64,000 nucleotides of DNA from Escherichia phage vB_EcoM_ESCO10: sequence record OM386655.1; one strand, written 5' to 3'. The position numbers and the translations under genes are program-made. Of this stretch, positions 40,922-51,826 are shown piece by piece (the stretch's first letter is position 1; the number at the start of each line of letters is the position of its first letter). The notes under the pieces are model-generated. The model worked only from the letters and a program-made list of their open reading frames with translations, was not told the DNA's origin and searched no databases.

Positions 40922-41220
40922 AACAAGAAATCCAGGGTATTAGTTTTTTGCGTTCGGGCCATTGAAGGACGAAGCAAGTTATCATCAATGGCTTCGTTCA
41001 TAATTTTATCAATAATTCCTGCAGGCAAATATCGAGCAAAGTTACCTTCAGGGATGCTGTTCTCTTCCAACCATGCAGTAGCCGCTTCGAGATAGCTACA
41101 TCCTTCAGCCTCAACAAAGGCCTCAATATCGAGACCATTTTGTTGCTTGTTCACCAATACATGGACTGGTTCGGAAGCGGTATTAACCGCTCCATCAAAA
41201 TCATTCAAAGATTGTGTCAT
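40918..41220 (-). CDS. 33: gp33 late transcription co-activator
   Basis: C-terminus ...NLLRPSMARTQKTNTLDFLL matches T4 gp33. Confidence 0.8.
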   Translation of the reverse strand: MTQSLNDFDGAVNTASEPVHVLVNKQQNGLDIEAFVEAEGCSYLEAATAWLEENSIPEGNFARYLPAGIIDKIMNEAIDDNLLRPSMARTQKTNTLDFLL

Positions 41221-41470
41221 ACAGTTCTACCACTTCAGTTTTCTCATCTTCGAAACGTTCACGAGTACCTTTATGATACAGGGAGAACAGTTGATTAAAC
41301 ATTTTACCGTCGACACCAAGTTCGGTCTTAGCACGGTCTTTGATATCTTTAATTTCGTCACCGTATGCTTCCATTTTTAATTTAGTATCGGAAGCAGTTT
41401 TAATCAACTGGGCCAGGGTATTACCATGTTCTTCTTGATTGAATTCAACTTTCACTTTTTCTTTAGCCAT
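41201..41470 (-). CDS. dsbA: DsbA double-stranded DNA-binding protein
   Basis: synteny; ATG (MAKEK) preferred over track GTG 41479. Confidence 0.7.
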   Translation of the reverse strand: MAKEKVKVEFNQEEHGNTLAQLIKTASDTKLKMEAYGDEIKDIKDRAKTELGVDGKMFNQLFSLYHKGTRERFEDEKTEVVELYDTIFE

Positions 41471-41480
41471 TATATTCACC

Positions 41481-42428
41481 TTAATAGAAATCAGCTACTG
41501 TAGCGGTTAGTTTAGACAAACCTGATTTAACGAAATAAGGATAAACTTTAGATTTCGAAGGTTTGATGTAGTTATTATATCTTTCAGTAATTAAAGCAAC
41601 AATATCATCTGGGATAAAGTCCATATCAATTAAGATTTGGTTTTCACAGAAACGTTCATATTGTTCTTCAGTAAGAAGTGTTTTAATTATATCATGGTCG
41701 TAATAATTCAGAGCAATTGCTTCAAGTTCTTTAGCACGAGTACTTGGAGTACGTTCGCCTTCAACCATGGTCAACCAATAATCACCGCGAACTTTAATAC
41801 TTGCGACGTTATCCTTGCGGTCGCCTTTAACAACTTTAGTTACACAATCAAGCAACGAGTCACCGGATTTTGTTTTGACGAATTTTTTCTGCATTGGGGA
41901 CCATTGTTTTACCCCAGGGAATTTATGAAGTTGGGTAAAGTCACCGTCAGAAGAACCAATCATTATAGGGTGGCCTAAAGCAGTGAGGATTCGAGTCAAA
42001 ACAGCAATATGGTCATCAGCCTCGATTGTATCGATATTCATAACAATATAAGGCATGTTTTGTTCTAGTTCATCCACAATAATATGCATTGCAGTAAATA
42101 GACCTTCCCAATCAAATGGCGATTCATCACGTGCCTTAGCACGGTTTTTCTTATAATAAGAAGAATAACGACGTCGCCAATACCCTGATTTAGAGTTATC
42201 AACGCAAACGATTAATTGGTTGTAACCTTGTTTTTTAAAGTCTTTAATATTTTTCTTAATTGAGTTCAGCACGAGGTGCCGAAGCATTGCTGTGGTTACT
42301 TTAGGAAATCCAGCGTTTTCACCGAATTCTTGGAAGGCCGCAGCCATAATGATTTGGCTAAAGTCTAACAATAAAAATCCGTCTTTTTGTCGTTCTTCTT
42401 CAGGAAGTAAAAAATCTAAATCGTTCAT
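41481..42428 (-). CDS. rnh: RNase H (5'-3' exonuclease / flap endonuclease)
   Basis: matches T4 RNase H from MNDLDF...; track extension rejected. Confidence 0.9.
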   Translation of the reverse strand: MNDLDFLLPEEERQKDGFLLLDFSQIIMAAAFQEFGENAGFPKVTTAMLRHLVLNSIKKNIKDFKKQGYNQLIVCVDNSKSGYWRRRYSSYYKKNRAKARDESPFDWEGLFTAMHIIVDELEQNMPYIVMNIDTIEADDHIAVLTRILTALGHPIMIGSSDGDFTQLHKFPGVKQWSPMQKKFVKTKSGDSLLDCVTKVVKGDRKDNVASIKVRGDYWLTMVEGERTPSTRAKELEAIALNYYDHDIIKTLLTEEQYERFCENQILIDMDFIPDDIVALITERYNNYIKPSKSKVYPYFVKSGLSKLTATVADFY

Positions 42429-42459
42429 ATGAACCTCTGTCCAATTAGTGTAGGAGTTC

Positions 42460-42488
42460 ATTATATCATGGCCCTAGAAGAAGTAAAC
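42460..42488 (-). promoter_or_regulatory. sigma70-like early promoter for rnh
   Basis: minus GTTTAC, 17 nt, TATAAT. Confidence 0.5.
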
Positions 42489-42495
42489 ACTTTGC

Positions 42496-42503
42496 TATAA
42501 ATA
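42496..42503 (+). promoter_or_regulatory. late promoter TATAAATA for gene 34
   Basis: exact match 32 nt upstream of gene 34 ATG. Confidence 0.6.
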
Positions 42504-42535
42504 GTTCTATACCCTGAAAACGAAAAGGAAATAAA

Positions 42536-45500
42536 ATGGCTGATATTTTAAAACCTGCATTCCGTGCTACATCCGGACTCGATGCTGCGGGCGAGAAAGT
42601 TATCAATGTTGCCAAAGCCGATTACAATGTACTAGATGATGGCGTCAACGTTGAATTCTTTATAGATGAGAACACCATCCAAGCGTACGACGAGACGCGC
42701 GGATATAAGAAAGGGTTTGCAGTAATCCATGACCAACGTATTTGGGTTGCTCAACGTGATATTGATGCCCCTGCTGGAACTTTTGTACCTGGTTATTGGA
42801 CTGCCACTCGTACCGACCCTAAATGGATTACTGTGGCATCTCCTACACGCCAGTTGGCTTCCGGTGAATATATTGCAGTAGATTCAGCTGCAAGCTTTAC
42901 TACATTTACGTTACCTCCGAATCCTACAGACGGGGATACCGTTGTAATTAAGGATATCGGCGGGCGAGTAGGTTATAATGAAATAAAGGTCCAATCTAGT
43001 TCTGCTCCGGGCGGTGGTAATCAGAAAATTGTACGTTTCGGTAACCAGTTCACTGAAACTCTGATTACTAAACCTTTTTCTTATAACATGATTATCTTTG
43101 CCAACCGTTTATGGCATTTCTGGGAAGCCGGTAACGAAGAACGCGGTGTTCGTGTAGAACCTAACACGGCCCAGTTCCAGGCCCAAGCAGGTGATAATGT
43201 TTTACGTCGTTATACTTCAGGCGCAGTAATTAAATTTACTCTTCCTAAGTATGCTAACCAAGGTGATATGATTAAAACCGTTGATATCGATGGCCTTGGA
43301 AGTAAGTTCCATTTAATCGTTGAAACATTCGATGCTTCGTCTGCTTTAGGTAAACAAGGTCAGCATAGTATGGAATTCCGTACCTCTGGTGATGGATTCT
43401 TCGTTTATAACTCTACAGAAAAATTATGGTATGTTTGGGATGGTGACCGTCAAACTCGACTGCGTGTTATTCGTGATGACGTAGAACTATTGGCTAACGA
43501 AAGTATTATTGTTTTTGGTCCTAATAACACGACTCCTCAGACAATTAATATTACATTACCTACCGGTGTTGCCCAAGGTGATACGGTTAAAATTGCTCTG
43601 AACTATCTTCGTAAAGCGCAGACGGTAAATATTAAAGCTGCTGTAGGAGATAAGATTGCTTCTTCTGTTCAATTGCTTCAGTTCCCTAAACGTTCAGAAT
43701 ATCCGCCTGATACTGAATGGGTGTTAAATGATGTACTAACCTTCAATGGTAATTTGAGCTATACCCCGGTTATTGAACTGAGTTATATAGAAGACAACAC
43801 TACAGGTGGAAAATATTGGGTTGTTGCTCAGAACGTTCCTACTGTAGAGCGTGTAGATTCTAAGGACGATTTAACTCGTGCTCGTCTTGGTGTTATTGCT
43901 CTGGCAAGCCAGACTCAAGCTAACGTTGACCATGAAAATAACCCTGAAAAAGAATTGGCTATTACTCCGCAGACTTTGGCTAACCGTGTAGCGACTGAAT
44001 CACGTCGTGGTATTGCTCGTATTGCTACAACTGCTCAAGTAAATCAGAACACCGGATTTGCATTCCAGGATGATTTGATTATTTCTCCTAAGAAATTAAA
44101 CGAACGTACTGCTACTGAAACTCGTCGTGGTGTCGCTGAAATTGCTACGCAACAGGAAACTGATGCTGGTGTTGATGATACAACCATTATCACTCCTAAG
44201 AAGCTACAGACGCGCCAGGGAACTGAAGACCTCTCAGGTATAGTAAAATATGTATCTACTGTAGGAACCACTCCTGCCGATACTAGAGAAAACGTAGGTA
44301 CTAACGTTTATAATAAGAACACAACTACGTTGGTTATTTCTCCTAAAGCTTTAGACCAATATAAAGCTGACCAAAATAACCAAGGTGCCGTATATCTTGC
44401 TACGCAAGCGGAAACCGATGCAGGTGCTACTAATCCGGGATTTAGTAACTCAGTTGTTACTCCTGAAACATTAGGTGCTCGTCGTTCTACTGATACTAAT
44501 CATGGTTTGATTGAAATTGCTACGCAAGTTGAAGTCAACGCCGGAACTGATTATACACGTGCGGTAACGCCTAAGACGTTAAATGATAGGAAAGCTACTG
44601 AAGCTTTAAGTGGTATAGCAGAGATTGCTACTCAGGTAGAATTTGATGCTGGTACTGATGATACTCGTATTTCAACTCCGTTGAAAATTAAAACAAGATT
44701 TAATAATACTGCTAGAACTTCTGTCTCAGCAGCCAGTGGTTTGATTGAATCAGGAACCTTATGGAACCATTATACACTAGATATCAGTGAAGCAAGTAAT
44801 ACCCAACGTGGTACAGCTCGTCTGGCTACACAAACCGAAGTTAACGTTGGTACTGATGACAAAACCATCATTACTCCTCTTAAACTTCAAGCTAAAAAGG
44901 CTACTGAATCCTCTGAAGGTATCGTTAAAATCGCTACGCGAGCAGAGACTATTACCGGAACGAGTATTATTACTGCTGTATCTCCAGGTAGTTTAAAATG
45001 GATTGTACAGTCTGAGCCGACTTGGGCAGCAACCACGACGACCCGCGGCTTTGCTAAGATGTCTGAAGGCGCAATTACTTTTGTTGGTAATGCAACTGCA
45101 GGTTCTACTCAGGCTCTTGACTTGTACGAGAAAAATAGCTATGCTATCTCTCCGTATGAGTTAAACAAAACCCTTGGTAACTTCCTGCCACGTCTGGCTA
45201 AAGCGGTAGACTCTGATAAACTGGACAACCTGGATAGCACGCAGTTTATTCGTCGTGACGTAGCCCAGGATATTAACGCTGCTATGACATTTAAACAGCC
45301 TGTAAGAATTGAAAGTACTTTAACCGTTACAGGTGTGGTTAATTTGAGTGGTTCTATTACTTCAAATAATACTACATTAACCGGTTCTACTACAATCAAT
45401 AGCAATTCTACAGTAGGTGCTCTGAATTACATTGAGTTTACTTCAGAATCTCAAGGTTCCGGTACTTGGAACTCCCAACATGATAGTAATGTTAAAGCTC

Positions 45501-46411
45501 CTGTATTTTTAAATATAACTACTCCGGCAGGCTCATCTAGATATGTTCCTTTAATTAAGCAACGTTATAAAGATGGGACATTTACCTTTGGTACATTGAT
45601 AAATGAACCCACCTCAAATGATGAAGGTGCTTTTATTCTTCACTATATAGATGCGATAAAAACCCAGCGCAAATGGACCTTTAGACGGAATGGTGATTTA
45701 GAAATAACTACAGGTAATTTCGTTCTTGGTGATGGGTCTGCTATAATTAACGGCGGTCTTAGTGTTACTAAAGCTTCAGGTATCACAACCACTGGGCTAG
45801 TTGCTAATAGTGAATCCAGATTCGAAGGCGCTGTTACTATTAACAACTTCCTTACGGTAAGCAACAAAACCACACTTAACAACGGCTTAGCTGTTCAGAA
45901 ATATGCAAGGGTTGCAGGAGATAAGACTTCTGATATCTATAGTAGAAAACCTACAATGGATACCGCAGGTTTTTGGTCTGTTGACATTAATGATTCAACC
46001 ACATATAACCAATTCCCAGGTTATTTCAAAATGGTTGAAAAGACCAACGAAGTAACAGGTTTGCCTTATCTGGTTCGTGGTGAAGAAGTTAAGTCTCCAG
46101 GTACTTTGACTCAGTTTGGTAACACTCTGAACTCACTTTACCAGGATTGGATTACCTATCCAAACACTGCAGACGGAAGCACCACTCGTTGGACCCGTAC
46201 CTGGCAGCAAAATAAAAATGCTTGGTCTGGATTTGTTCAGGTATTTGATGGCGGTAACCCACCTCAACCATCTGATATCGGTGCATTGCCTTCTGATAAC
46301 GCATCGATGAGTAACTTGACTATTCGTGACTGGTTAAGAATCGGAAACGTTCGTATAGTTCCAGACCCAGTAACTCGTTCAGTTAAATTTGAATGGATCG
46401 ATACACCATAA
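42536..46411 (+). CDS. 34: long tail fiber proximal subunit gp34
   Basis: 1291 aa, synteny, repeated ...RRG(I/V)A(E/R)IAT... motifs. Confidence 0.95.
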   Translation: MADILKPAFRATSGLDAAGEKVINVAKADYNVLDDGVNVEFFIDENTIQAYDETRGYKKGFAVIHDQRIWVAQRDIDAPAGTFVPGYWTATRTDPKWITVASPTRQLASGEYIAVDSAASFTTFTLPPNPTDGDTVVIKDIGGRVGYNEIKVQSSSAPGGGNQKIVRFGNQFTETLITKPFSYNMIIFANRLWHFWEAGNEERGVRVEPNTAQFQAQAGDNVLRRYTSGAVIKFTLPKYANQGDMIKTVDIDGLGSKFHLIVETFDASSALGKQGQHSMEFRTSGDGFFVYNSTEKLWYVWDGDRQTRLRVIRDDVELLANESIIVFGPNNTTPQTINITLPTGVAQGDTVKIALNYLRKAQTVNIKAAVGDKIASSVQLLQFPKRSEYPPDTEWVLNDVLTFNGNLSYTPVIELSYIEDNTTGGKYWVVAQNVPTVERVDSKDDLTRARLGVIALASQTQANVDHENNPEKELAITPQTLANRVATESRRGIARIATTAQVNQNTGFAFQDDLIISPKKLNERTATETRRGVAEIATQQETDAGVDDTTIITPKKLQTRQGTEDLSGIVKYVSTVGTTPADTRENVGTNVYNKNTTTLVISPKALDQYKADQNNQGAVYLATQAETDAGATNPGFSNSVVTPETLGARRSTDTNHGLIEIATQVEVNAGTDYTRAVTPKTLNDRKATEALSGIAEIATQVEFDAGTDDTRISTPLKIKTRFNNTARTSVSAASGLIESGTLWNHYTLDISEASNTQRGTARLATQTEVNVGTDDKTIITPLKLQAKKATESSEGIVKIATRAETITGTSIITAVSPGSLKWIVQSEPTWAATTTTRGFAKMSEGAITFVGNATAGSTQALDLYEKNSYAISPYELNKTLGNFLPRLAKAVDSDKLDNLDSTQFIRRDVAQDINAAMTFKQPVRIESTLTVTGVVNLSGSITSNNTTLTGSTTINSNSTVGALNYIEFTSESQGSGTWNSQHDSNVKAPVFLNITTPAGSSRYVPLIKQRYKDGTFTFGTLINEPTSNDEGAFILHYIDAIKTQRKWTFRRNGDLEITTGNFVLGDGSAIINGGLSVTKASGITTTGLVANSESRFEGAVTINNFLTVSNKTTLNNGLAVQKYARVAGDKTSDIYSRKPTMDTAGFWSVDINDSTTYNQFPGYFKMVEKTNEVTGLPYLVRGEEVKSPGTLTQFGNTLNSLYQDWITYPNTADGSTTRWTRTWQQNKNAWSGFVQVFDGGNPPQPSDIGALPSDNASMSNLTIRDWLRIGNVRIVPDPVTRSVKFEWIDTP

Positions 46412-46419
46412 GAGGTAAT

Positions 46420-47547
46420 ATGGAAAGATTTATGGCTGAATTTGGACAAAACTATGTTCAAATTCCTGTATTATCTGAAAATAACGCCGTTCGATATAAA
46501 CTTAGTATAGCAGGGAGCTGTACTAAGTCTACCGTAAAGGCTTATGTTAAATTTCAAGATGAGGTCTTCGGACCTCAAAACTTTTTACCAGGGCTTAATC
46601 TTGTTGAAATAGACCCTGTAACTAACACAATAACGGCCTCTAAGAATTACCAGCTTACAAGTTCCCATGATACTATATCTCAAGCCTTTATAACATATGT
46701 GAACTCTATTCCGGCCAACAGAATAGTTTGCTTAATTTCCTCCGGAAGGCTATTTGCTTCACAGACATTAATAGATTGGTTTAAGGCTGCTGGAAGTACG
46801 GTATTTCCGGATAAATGGCTTATTGATAAAGTAGAACCAAGTTATTCGGCTTTTTATGTTTCGGGTCGAAATGCTATAGTAAAAGAGCATGTGCTTTATA
46901 ACGATGGCATTTTGGTTGAAGATGTATCAACCCCTTTAGAAATGGTTTATGACACTATTAATGATGTAGGAGCCACAGGATTCCCACTTCGTATTATAGA
47001 AGATGAAACCGAATACTTTAGTAGCGGAAGCCAAGAAATTAAACGTTTCCCTACTTCAGAGACCATAACTCCTATGGCAAATTATAATATGAAACCTGGT
47101 GATTGGTTTTATATTAAATTCCAAAGTAATTATGATGCTGCATTGAAGGCTGAAGGAACAACCCAAGTTTCAGTTAGGTTCTTTAATGGGCTTTCATTAA
47201 TCCAGTCCACTGATATGGATATTCCTGTGGGCGCCGGTTCTCCTCCAGCAGGAGCATGGATGAGTTTTGAGCGTTATATTCAAGCCCCAGCAAATTCTGA
47301 CGGATTCACAGTTTATGCTCGTAAAACGGTAAATGTGGGTATTGGCGGTCTTAGAAATATATCATTCGGTGAAATATCCTCGCAAGAACCTCAACCTAAA
47401 GATGCTGAAATCGGTGTGAATGGTATGCGTATGAACTTTGGTACAGAAACACTTAACTTGGCTCCTGATTTGATTTCTCAGTTGAATGATAAAGCTAGTG
47501 GTTATGCAGGCAAGGTATTTGCTGCAGAGTTTAAAGAAAAATATTAG
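46420..47547 (+). CDS. 35: long tail fiber hinge (knee) protein gp35
   Basis: matches T4 gp35 from MERFMAEFGQ; AGAGG SD. Confidence 0.85.
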   Translation: MERFMAEFGQNYVQIPVLSENNAVRYKLSIAGSCTKSTVKAYVKFQDEVFGPQNFLPGLNLVEIDPVTNTITASKNYQLTSSHDTISQAFITYVNSIPANRIVCLISSGRLFASQTLIDWFKAAGSTVFPDKWLIDKVEPSYSAFYVSGRNAIVKEHVLYNDGILVEDVSTPLEMVYDTINDVGATGFPLRIIEDETEYFSSGSQEIKRFPTSETITPMANYNMKPGDWFYIKFQSNYDAALKAEGTTQVSVRFFNGLSLIQSTDMDIPVGAGSPPAGAWMSFERYIQAPANSDGFTVYARKTVNVGIGGLRNISFGEISSQEPQPKDAEIGVNGMRMNFGTETLNLAPDLISQLNDKASGYAGKVFAAEFKEKY

Positions 47548-47567
47548 GAACCTTCGGGTTCCTTTTT
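47547..47567 (+). terminator. intrinsic terminator after gene 35
   Basis: GGAACC-UUCG-GGUUCC then UUUUU. Confidence 0.65.
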
Positions 47568-47573
47568 CGTTTC

Positions 47574-47581
47574 TATAAATA
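47574..47581 (+). promoter_or_regulatory. late promoter TATAAATA for genes 36-37
   Basis: exact match ~24 nt upstream of gene 36 ATG. Confidence 0.6.
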
Positions 47582-47604
47582 CTCTTATTAATAAGGGGAA
47601 CACT

Positions 47605-48264
47605 ATGGCTGATTTAAAATTAGGCTCTACAGCAGGTGGTTCAGTTCTTTGGCACCAAGGTAACTTTCCATTAACTCCTGTAAGCAACGACGTTTATTAT
47701 AAAACGTATAAGATTTATTCTGAATTCAATAAACCTAAAGCCGCGGATAATGATTTCGTTTCTAAAGCTAGCGGTGGTAATTATTTAAGCGTTGTTGGAT
47801 TTGATAAAGATTTACAGTTTAAAGACACCGATGGGTATTGGGTTAAATTAGGACGTAAAGTAAACAACTCTCCGATGTCGGCTGCATATTCTTTCTCTTT
47901 TAGAATGAGTAAAGGAATGGGTCTTGAGACATCTGATGGTACTCCATTTGTTATTTTCGACCCCAGTACAGTGGTCGGCGCAAACCGTCTTACTGTTATG
48001 GGCGATATTTTAGGTCGTCATCTTAAAGATGAATCTGGGAGAGTATTTTCACCGGGTAATACCCCTACTAAAGCTCAGGTAGGTTTAAGTGACGTAGACA
48101 ACGCAAAACAGGTTCAAATAAATAATACTAGCTTACAGACAATGGCTGGTGTTTTGTCTGCACCAAATTTTATATCTAGGAACCCAGGTACATTGAACGA
48201 ACACGTTCCTCGTATTGACCAGGTTGTTCTTAGAGGCACATACGAAGATTTTGGATATTATTAA
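47605..48264 (+). CDS. 36: long tail fiber distal-proximal connector gp36
   Basis: synteny, size 219 aa. Confidence 0.85.
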   Translation: MADLKLGSTAGGSVLWHQGNFPLTPVSNDVYYKTYKIYSEFNKPKAADNDFVSKASGGNYLSVVGFDKDLQFKDTDGYWVKLGRKVNNSPMSAAYSFSFRMSKGMGLETSDGTPFVIFDPSTVVGANRLTVMGDILGRHLKDESGRVFSPGNTPTKAQVGLSDVDNAKQVQINNTSLQTMAGVLSAPNFISRNPGTLNEHVPRIDQVVLRGTYEDFGYY

Positions 48265-48272
48265 GAGGCAAT

Positions 48273-51200
48273 ATGGCTACTTTAAAAGCGATACAATTTA
48301 AAAGAAGTAAGACAGCTGGTGCCAAGCCTACTGTAGACCAGTTGGTTGAAGGTGAACTGGCTATTAACTTACGCGACCGTACGATTTATACAAAAACCGA
48401 CCAGAATCAGATTATTGACCTTGGCTTTGCTAAAGGTGGACAGGTTGATGGTGATATTCTCCAGAACGGCACATTTAACCTCAATGGTAATATGTTCGTT
48501 TACGCTGGTAAGTATATTGAATTCCTGCCTAAAACTGCGGGTAATGGCGCCTGGGCAAACCAACATTTAACTAAAGCTCCTATCTTTGCAGATTTAAGTT
48601 CAACTGCCTCAGTATCAGAATATCATCCTCTGATTAAGCAACGTTATAAAGACGGTACTTTTTCTGCTGGTACATTAGTAAGCGAAGGCTCATTTAGAGT
48701 TCATTATATTGATTCTACAGCTCCAGACAATTCTAAACACTGGGTCTTTAATCGAAATGGTAATTTCATCGTAGATTCTGGTAGTATTGAAGTTCGTACC
48801 GGTAATATTTCTGCTTCAGGCAATATTAACTCTGCTAATGGTATTATCACTGGTCCTGAAATTGTTACTAAAAATATTAATTTCAGTACAAAACCATTTA
48901 TAGCTAATGCCAACATTGGATATGATTGGGTTTCTTTACCTACTTGGGTTTATAACCCACCGGCTGATGGTTCTGATAATACTACTAACGGTTTAAACTA
49001 TTTGCGTAAATTGCGTGCATCAAGTGCATCAAGTATTTTCCATGAAATTGCTGATTGTCGAAAAGGCAAGCCACAAGAAATTTCCTGGTGGACCGGTGTA
49101 GGTCCGGCATCTTTCCAATGGGCGTTTGATACCTCTGGGCGTATTACCGCAGGTAAATCTATTTCAGTAGGTCTTCCTGATAACGGGGCAAATGGGCGTT
49201 ATCCTTTAGATTCAGCTATTTCTATTGGTATTGCCATCGGTGATAACGATACAGGTATTAAATGGGTCCGTGACGGTGTTTACGACCTGATGGCCAATGG
49301 TATTTCATCTGCTACTATTTTGAATAACGGTATTAATAGTACTAAAAAATTGATGGTTGGTTATAGCCGAGATTCAGGTTCTACTTGGGATTTCCCGAAT
49401 AATAACCAAGCAATGTTTACTGCGCGTACTGATGTTGATGGCAATAATAACGGCGATGGTCAGACTCATATCGGTTATAGCAGCAATGCTAAAATGTATC
49501 ACTATTTCCGTGGCGCGGGTCGTATGTCCGTTAGTATGGCCGAAGGGCTTATTGTTGAACCAGGAATTTTAGATATTAAAACCGGTTCCAATAGCGTTGC
49601 TATTAGAGCGGACGGAACAATTAACTCCACCCAGCGTATTTCTATGCGTACGGGCTTGTTTTTAAATGGTGATGATAATACTAATGCTTTATCGTTTAAA
49701 GCGCCTTCTGGTGTTGATGGTACTAAAACTATCAATTGGGACGCGGGTATTCGTAACGGTCAAAACAAAAACACTGTAACACTTAAAGCTTGGGGTAATT
49801 CATTTAATGCAGGCGGCGGTAACAGAGAAACTGTATTTGAAGTATCGGATTCACAAGGTTATTATTTTTATGCCCAGCGTACCAATCCGGCCGTTGCCGG
49901 AGGTATAGGACCTGTCAACTTTAAGTTTAACGGAACTATTGAAACAGGTCATATCATAGGCCTTGGTGATATTACTGCTTCCGGTACAGGTTCTTTTGGT
50001 GGCAATGTTACCATGACTAATGGCCTGTTTGTCCAAGGTGGTTCTTCTATTACCGGCCAAGTTAAAATCGGTGGAACAGCTGATGCATTAAGAATTTGGA
50101 ATGCTGAATATGGCGCTATTTTCCGTCGTTCCGAAGATAAGCTTTATATTATTCCAACTCCGCAGAATGCTGGAGAATCAGGTGGTATTTCTAATTTACG
50201 TCCGTTCTACATTACATTAAGTACTGGTCAAGTTTCTATGGACCATGTAGTAGATATCGGCGGTGGTAGATTTAAAGTAGATACAACTGGTACTACGGCT
50301 GGCCAACGTATTACAGTTAATGCAGCAAGCGATGCTGTTGTATTAAATGCCCCTAATCAAGAATCATCCAACTTTATCCAGGGTCGTAAAGCCAATGTTA
50401 CTAAATGGTATCTTGGTATTGGCGATGGTGGTAACGTTGTTCGTATGCACAACTATACATATGCGCACGGTATTGCGTTGAATGCTGATACTGTTGATAT
50501 AACCAAGGCGCTTAAAATTGGTTCCGATATTCGTATTGGTCTTGATGGCAATATTACAGGCAGCACTGCATTAGAAAACTTTAAAAACCTGAACACCACT
50601 TTAAACCGTAAAGTTAATGTCGGAACTTGGTCGGGTGGTGCGGCTGCGGGTTGGTATAAATTTGCTACTGTAACTATGCCTCAAAGTGTGGCTACTGCCC
50701 AATTTAAAATTACTGGCGGTAACGGATATAATGTCAATTCATCGGAACAAGCCACAATTACTGAAATAGTTCTTAGAACTGGTAATAACAACCCTAAGGG
50801 TATTAATGCCACCTTATGGGCGCGCACAGGTAATGGATTTACTAATATAGCAACAATTAATACCTCCGGCGATGACTATGATGTTTACCTATACGTTGGA
50901 ACTTACGCGGACAAACTTATAGTCGAATATGATTATACAGCAAACACCCGTTATATTTCGGTAGTCGGTCTTAATGATGTGAATCAAACCCCAGTCGCGG
51001 AATTACCTACTGGTCACCAGCGCGGACAAGTGTATATGATGTATTCTGATGCTCAGATACCTTATCCGGTGGGTGCTCCGATTCCATGGCCGAGCGATTC
51101 AGTTCCAGCCGGATTTGCTTTAATGGAAGGTCAAACCTTTGATACCGGAGCTTATCCTAAACTAGCTGCAGCTTATCCGTCGGGTACTATTCCGGATATG

Positions 51201-51821
51201 CGTGGACAGACTATTAAAGGTAAACCAAGTGGTCGTGCAGTGTTGAGTGCAGAAGCTGATGGTATTAAGTCTCACAACCATGGCGGCTCTGTTGCGAGTA
51301 CTGATTTAGGTACTAAAAACACCTCATCATTTGATTATGGTACTAAAAACACCTCATCATTTGATTATGGTACTAAAACCAGCAACACAACAGGTAACCA
51401 TAACCATAGCGTTAGTGGCAATACTGGCGCAGCAGGTAATCATCAGCACTCACAGACAGGTCCAAGAGGTCCTAATAATCAACCAACAGGAATATTTCCT
51501 AATGGAGCTACTCAAATTAGTGGAACCCAGGTTGTTTCTTTTGGCATAAGCAACGGTGTTGTGCCTGGTGTAAACCAATATATTGCAAAGTCATCGACAG
51601 AAGGTAACCATACACACTCTTGGTCTGGAACTACAAATACCACCGGTAACCATGCCCACACCGTTGGTATCGGTGCTCATAGTCATTCGGTCGGTATTGG
51701 TGCTCATAGTCATTCGGTTGCAATCGGGTCCCACGGTCATGGTCTTACCATAAATAGTACAGGTAATACAGAAAACACGGTTAAAAACATTGCTTTTAAC
51801 TATATCGTTCGCTTAGCATAA
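48273..51821 (+). CDS. 37: long tail fiber distal subunit gp37 (receptor-binding tip with His-box repeats)
   Basis: 1182 aa; C-terminal G-N-H-x-H-S repeats; followed by gene 38. Confidence 0.9.
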   Translation: MATLKAIQFKRSKTAGAKPTVDQLVEGELAINLRDRTIYTKTDQNQIIDLGFAKGGQVDGDILQNGTFNLNGNMFVYAGKYIEFLPKTAGNGAWANQHLTKAPIFADLSSTASVSEYHPLIKQRYKDGTFSAGTLVSEGSFRVHYIDSTAPDNSKHWVFNRNGNFIVDSGSIEVRTGNISASGNINSANGIITGPEIVTKNINFSTKPFIANANIGYDWVSLPTWVYNPPADGSDNTTNGLNYLRKLRASSASSIFHEIADCRKGKPQEISWWTGVGPASFQWAFDTSGRITAGKSISVGLPDNGANGRYPLDSAISIGIAIGDNDTGIKWVRDGVYDLMANGISSATILNNGINSTKKLMVGYSRDSGSTWDFPNNNQAMFTARTDVDGNNNGDGQTHIGYSSNAKMYHYFRGAGRMSVSMAEGLIVEPGILDIKTGSNSVAIRADGTINSTQRISMRTGLFLNGDDNTNALSFKAPSGVDGTKTINWDAGIRNGQNKNTVTLKAWGNSFNAGGGNRETVFEVSDSQGYYFYAQRTNPAVAGGIGPVNFKFNGTIETGHIIGLGDITASGTGSFGGNVTMTNGLFVQGGSSITGQVKIGGTADALRIWNAEYGAIFRRSEDKLYIIPTPQNAGESGGISNLRPFYITLSTGQVSMDHVVDIGGGRFKVDTTGTTAGQRITVNAASDAVVLNAPNQESSNFIQGRKANVTKWYLGIGDGGNVVRMHNYTYAHGIALNADTVDITKALKIGSDIRIGLDGNITGSTALENFKNLNTTLNRKVNVGTWSGGAAAGWYKFATVTMPQSVATAQFKITGGNGYNVNSSEQATITEIVLRTGNNNPKGINATLWARTGNGFTNIATINTSGDDYDVYLYVGTYADKLIVEYDYTANTRYISVVGLNDVNQTPVAELPTGHQRGQVYMMYSDAQIPYPVGAPIPWPSDSVPAGFALMEGQTFDTGAYPKLAAAYPSGTIPDMRGQTIKGKPSGRAVLSAEADGIKSHNHGGSVASTDLGTKNTSSFDYGTKNTSSFDYGTKTSNTTGNHNHSVSGNTGAAGNHQHSQTGPRGPNNQPTGIFPNGATQISGTQVVSFGISNGVVPGVNQYIAKSSTEGNHTHSWSGTTNTTGNHAHTVGIGAHSHSVGIGAHSHSVAIGSHGHGLTINSTGNTENTVKNIAFNYIVRLA
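51309..51368 (+). repeat. perfect 30-bp tandem duplication inside gene 37
   Basis: ggtactaaaaacacctcatcatttgattat x2 encoding GTKNTSSFDY twice. Confidence 0.9.
51663..51716 (+). repeat. 27-bp near-perfect tandem repeat in gene 37 His-box region
   Basis: two units encoding VGIGAHSHS with two synonymous differences. Confidence 0.8.
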
Positions 51822-51826
51822 GGAGA

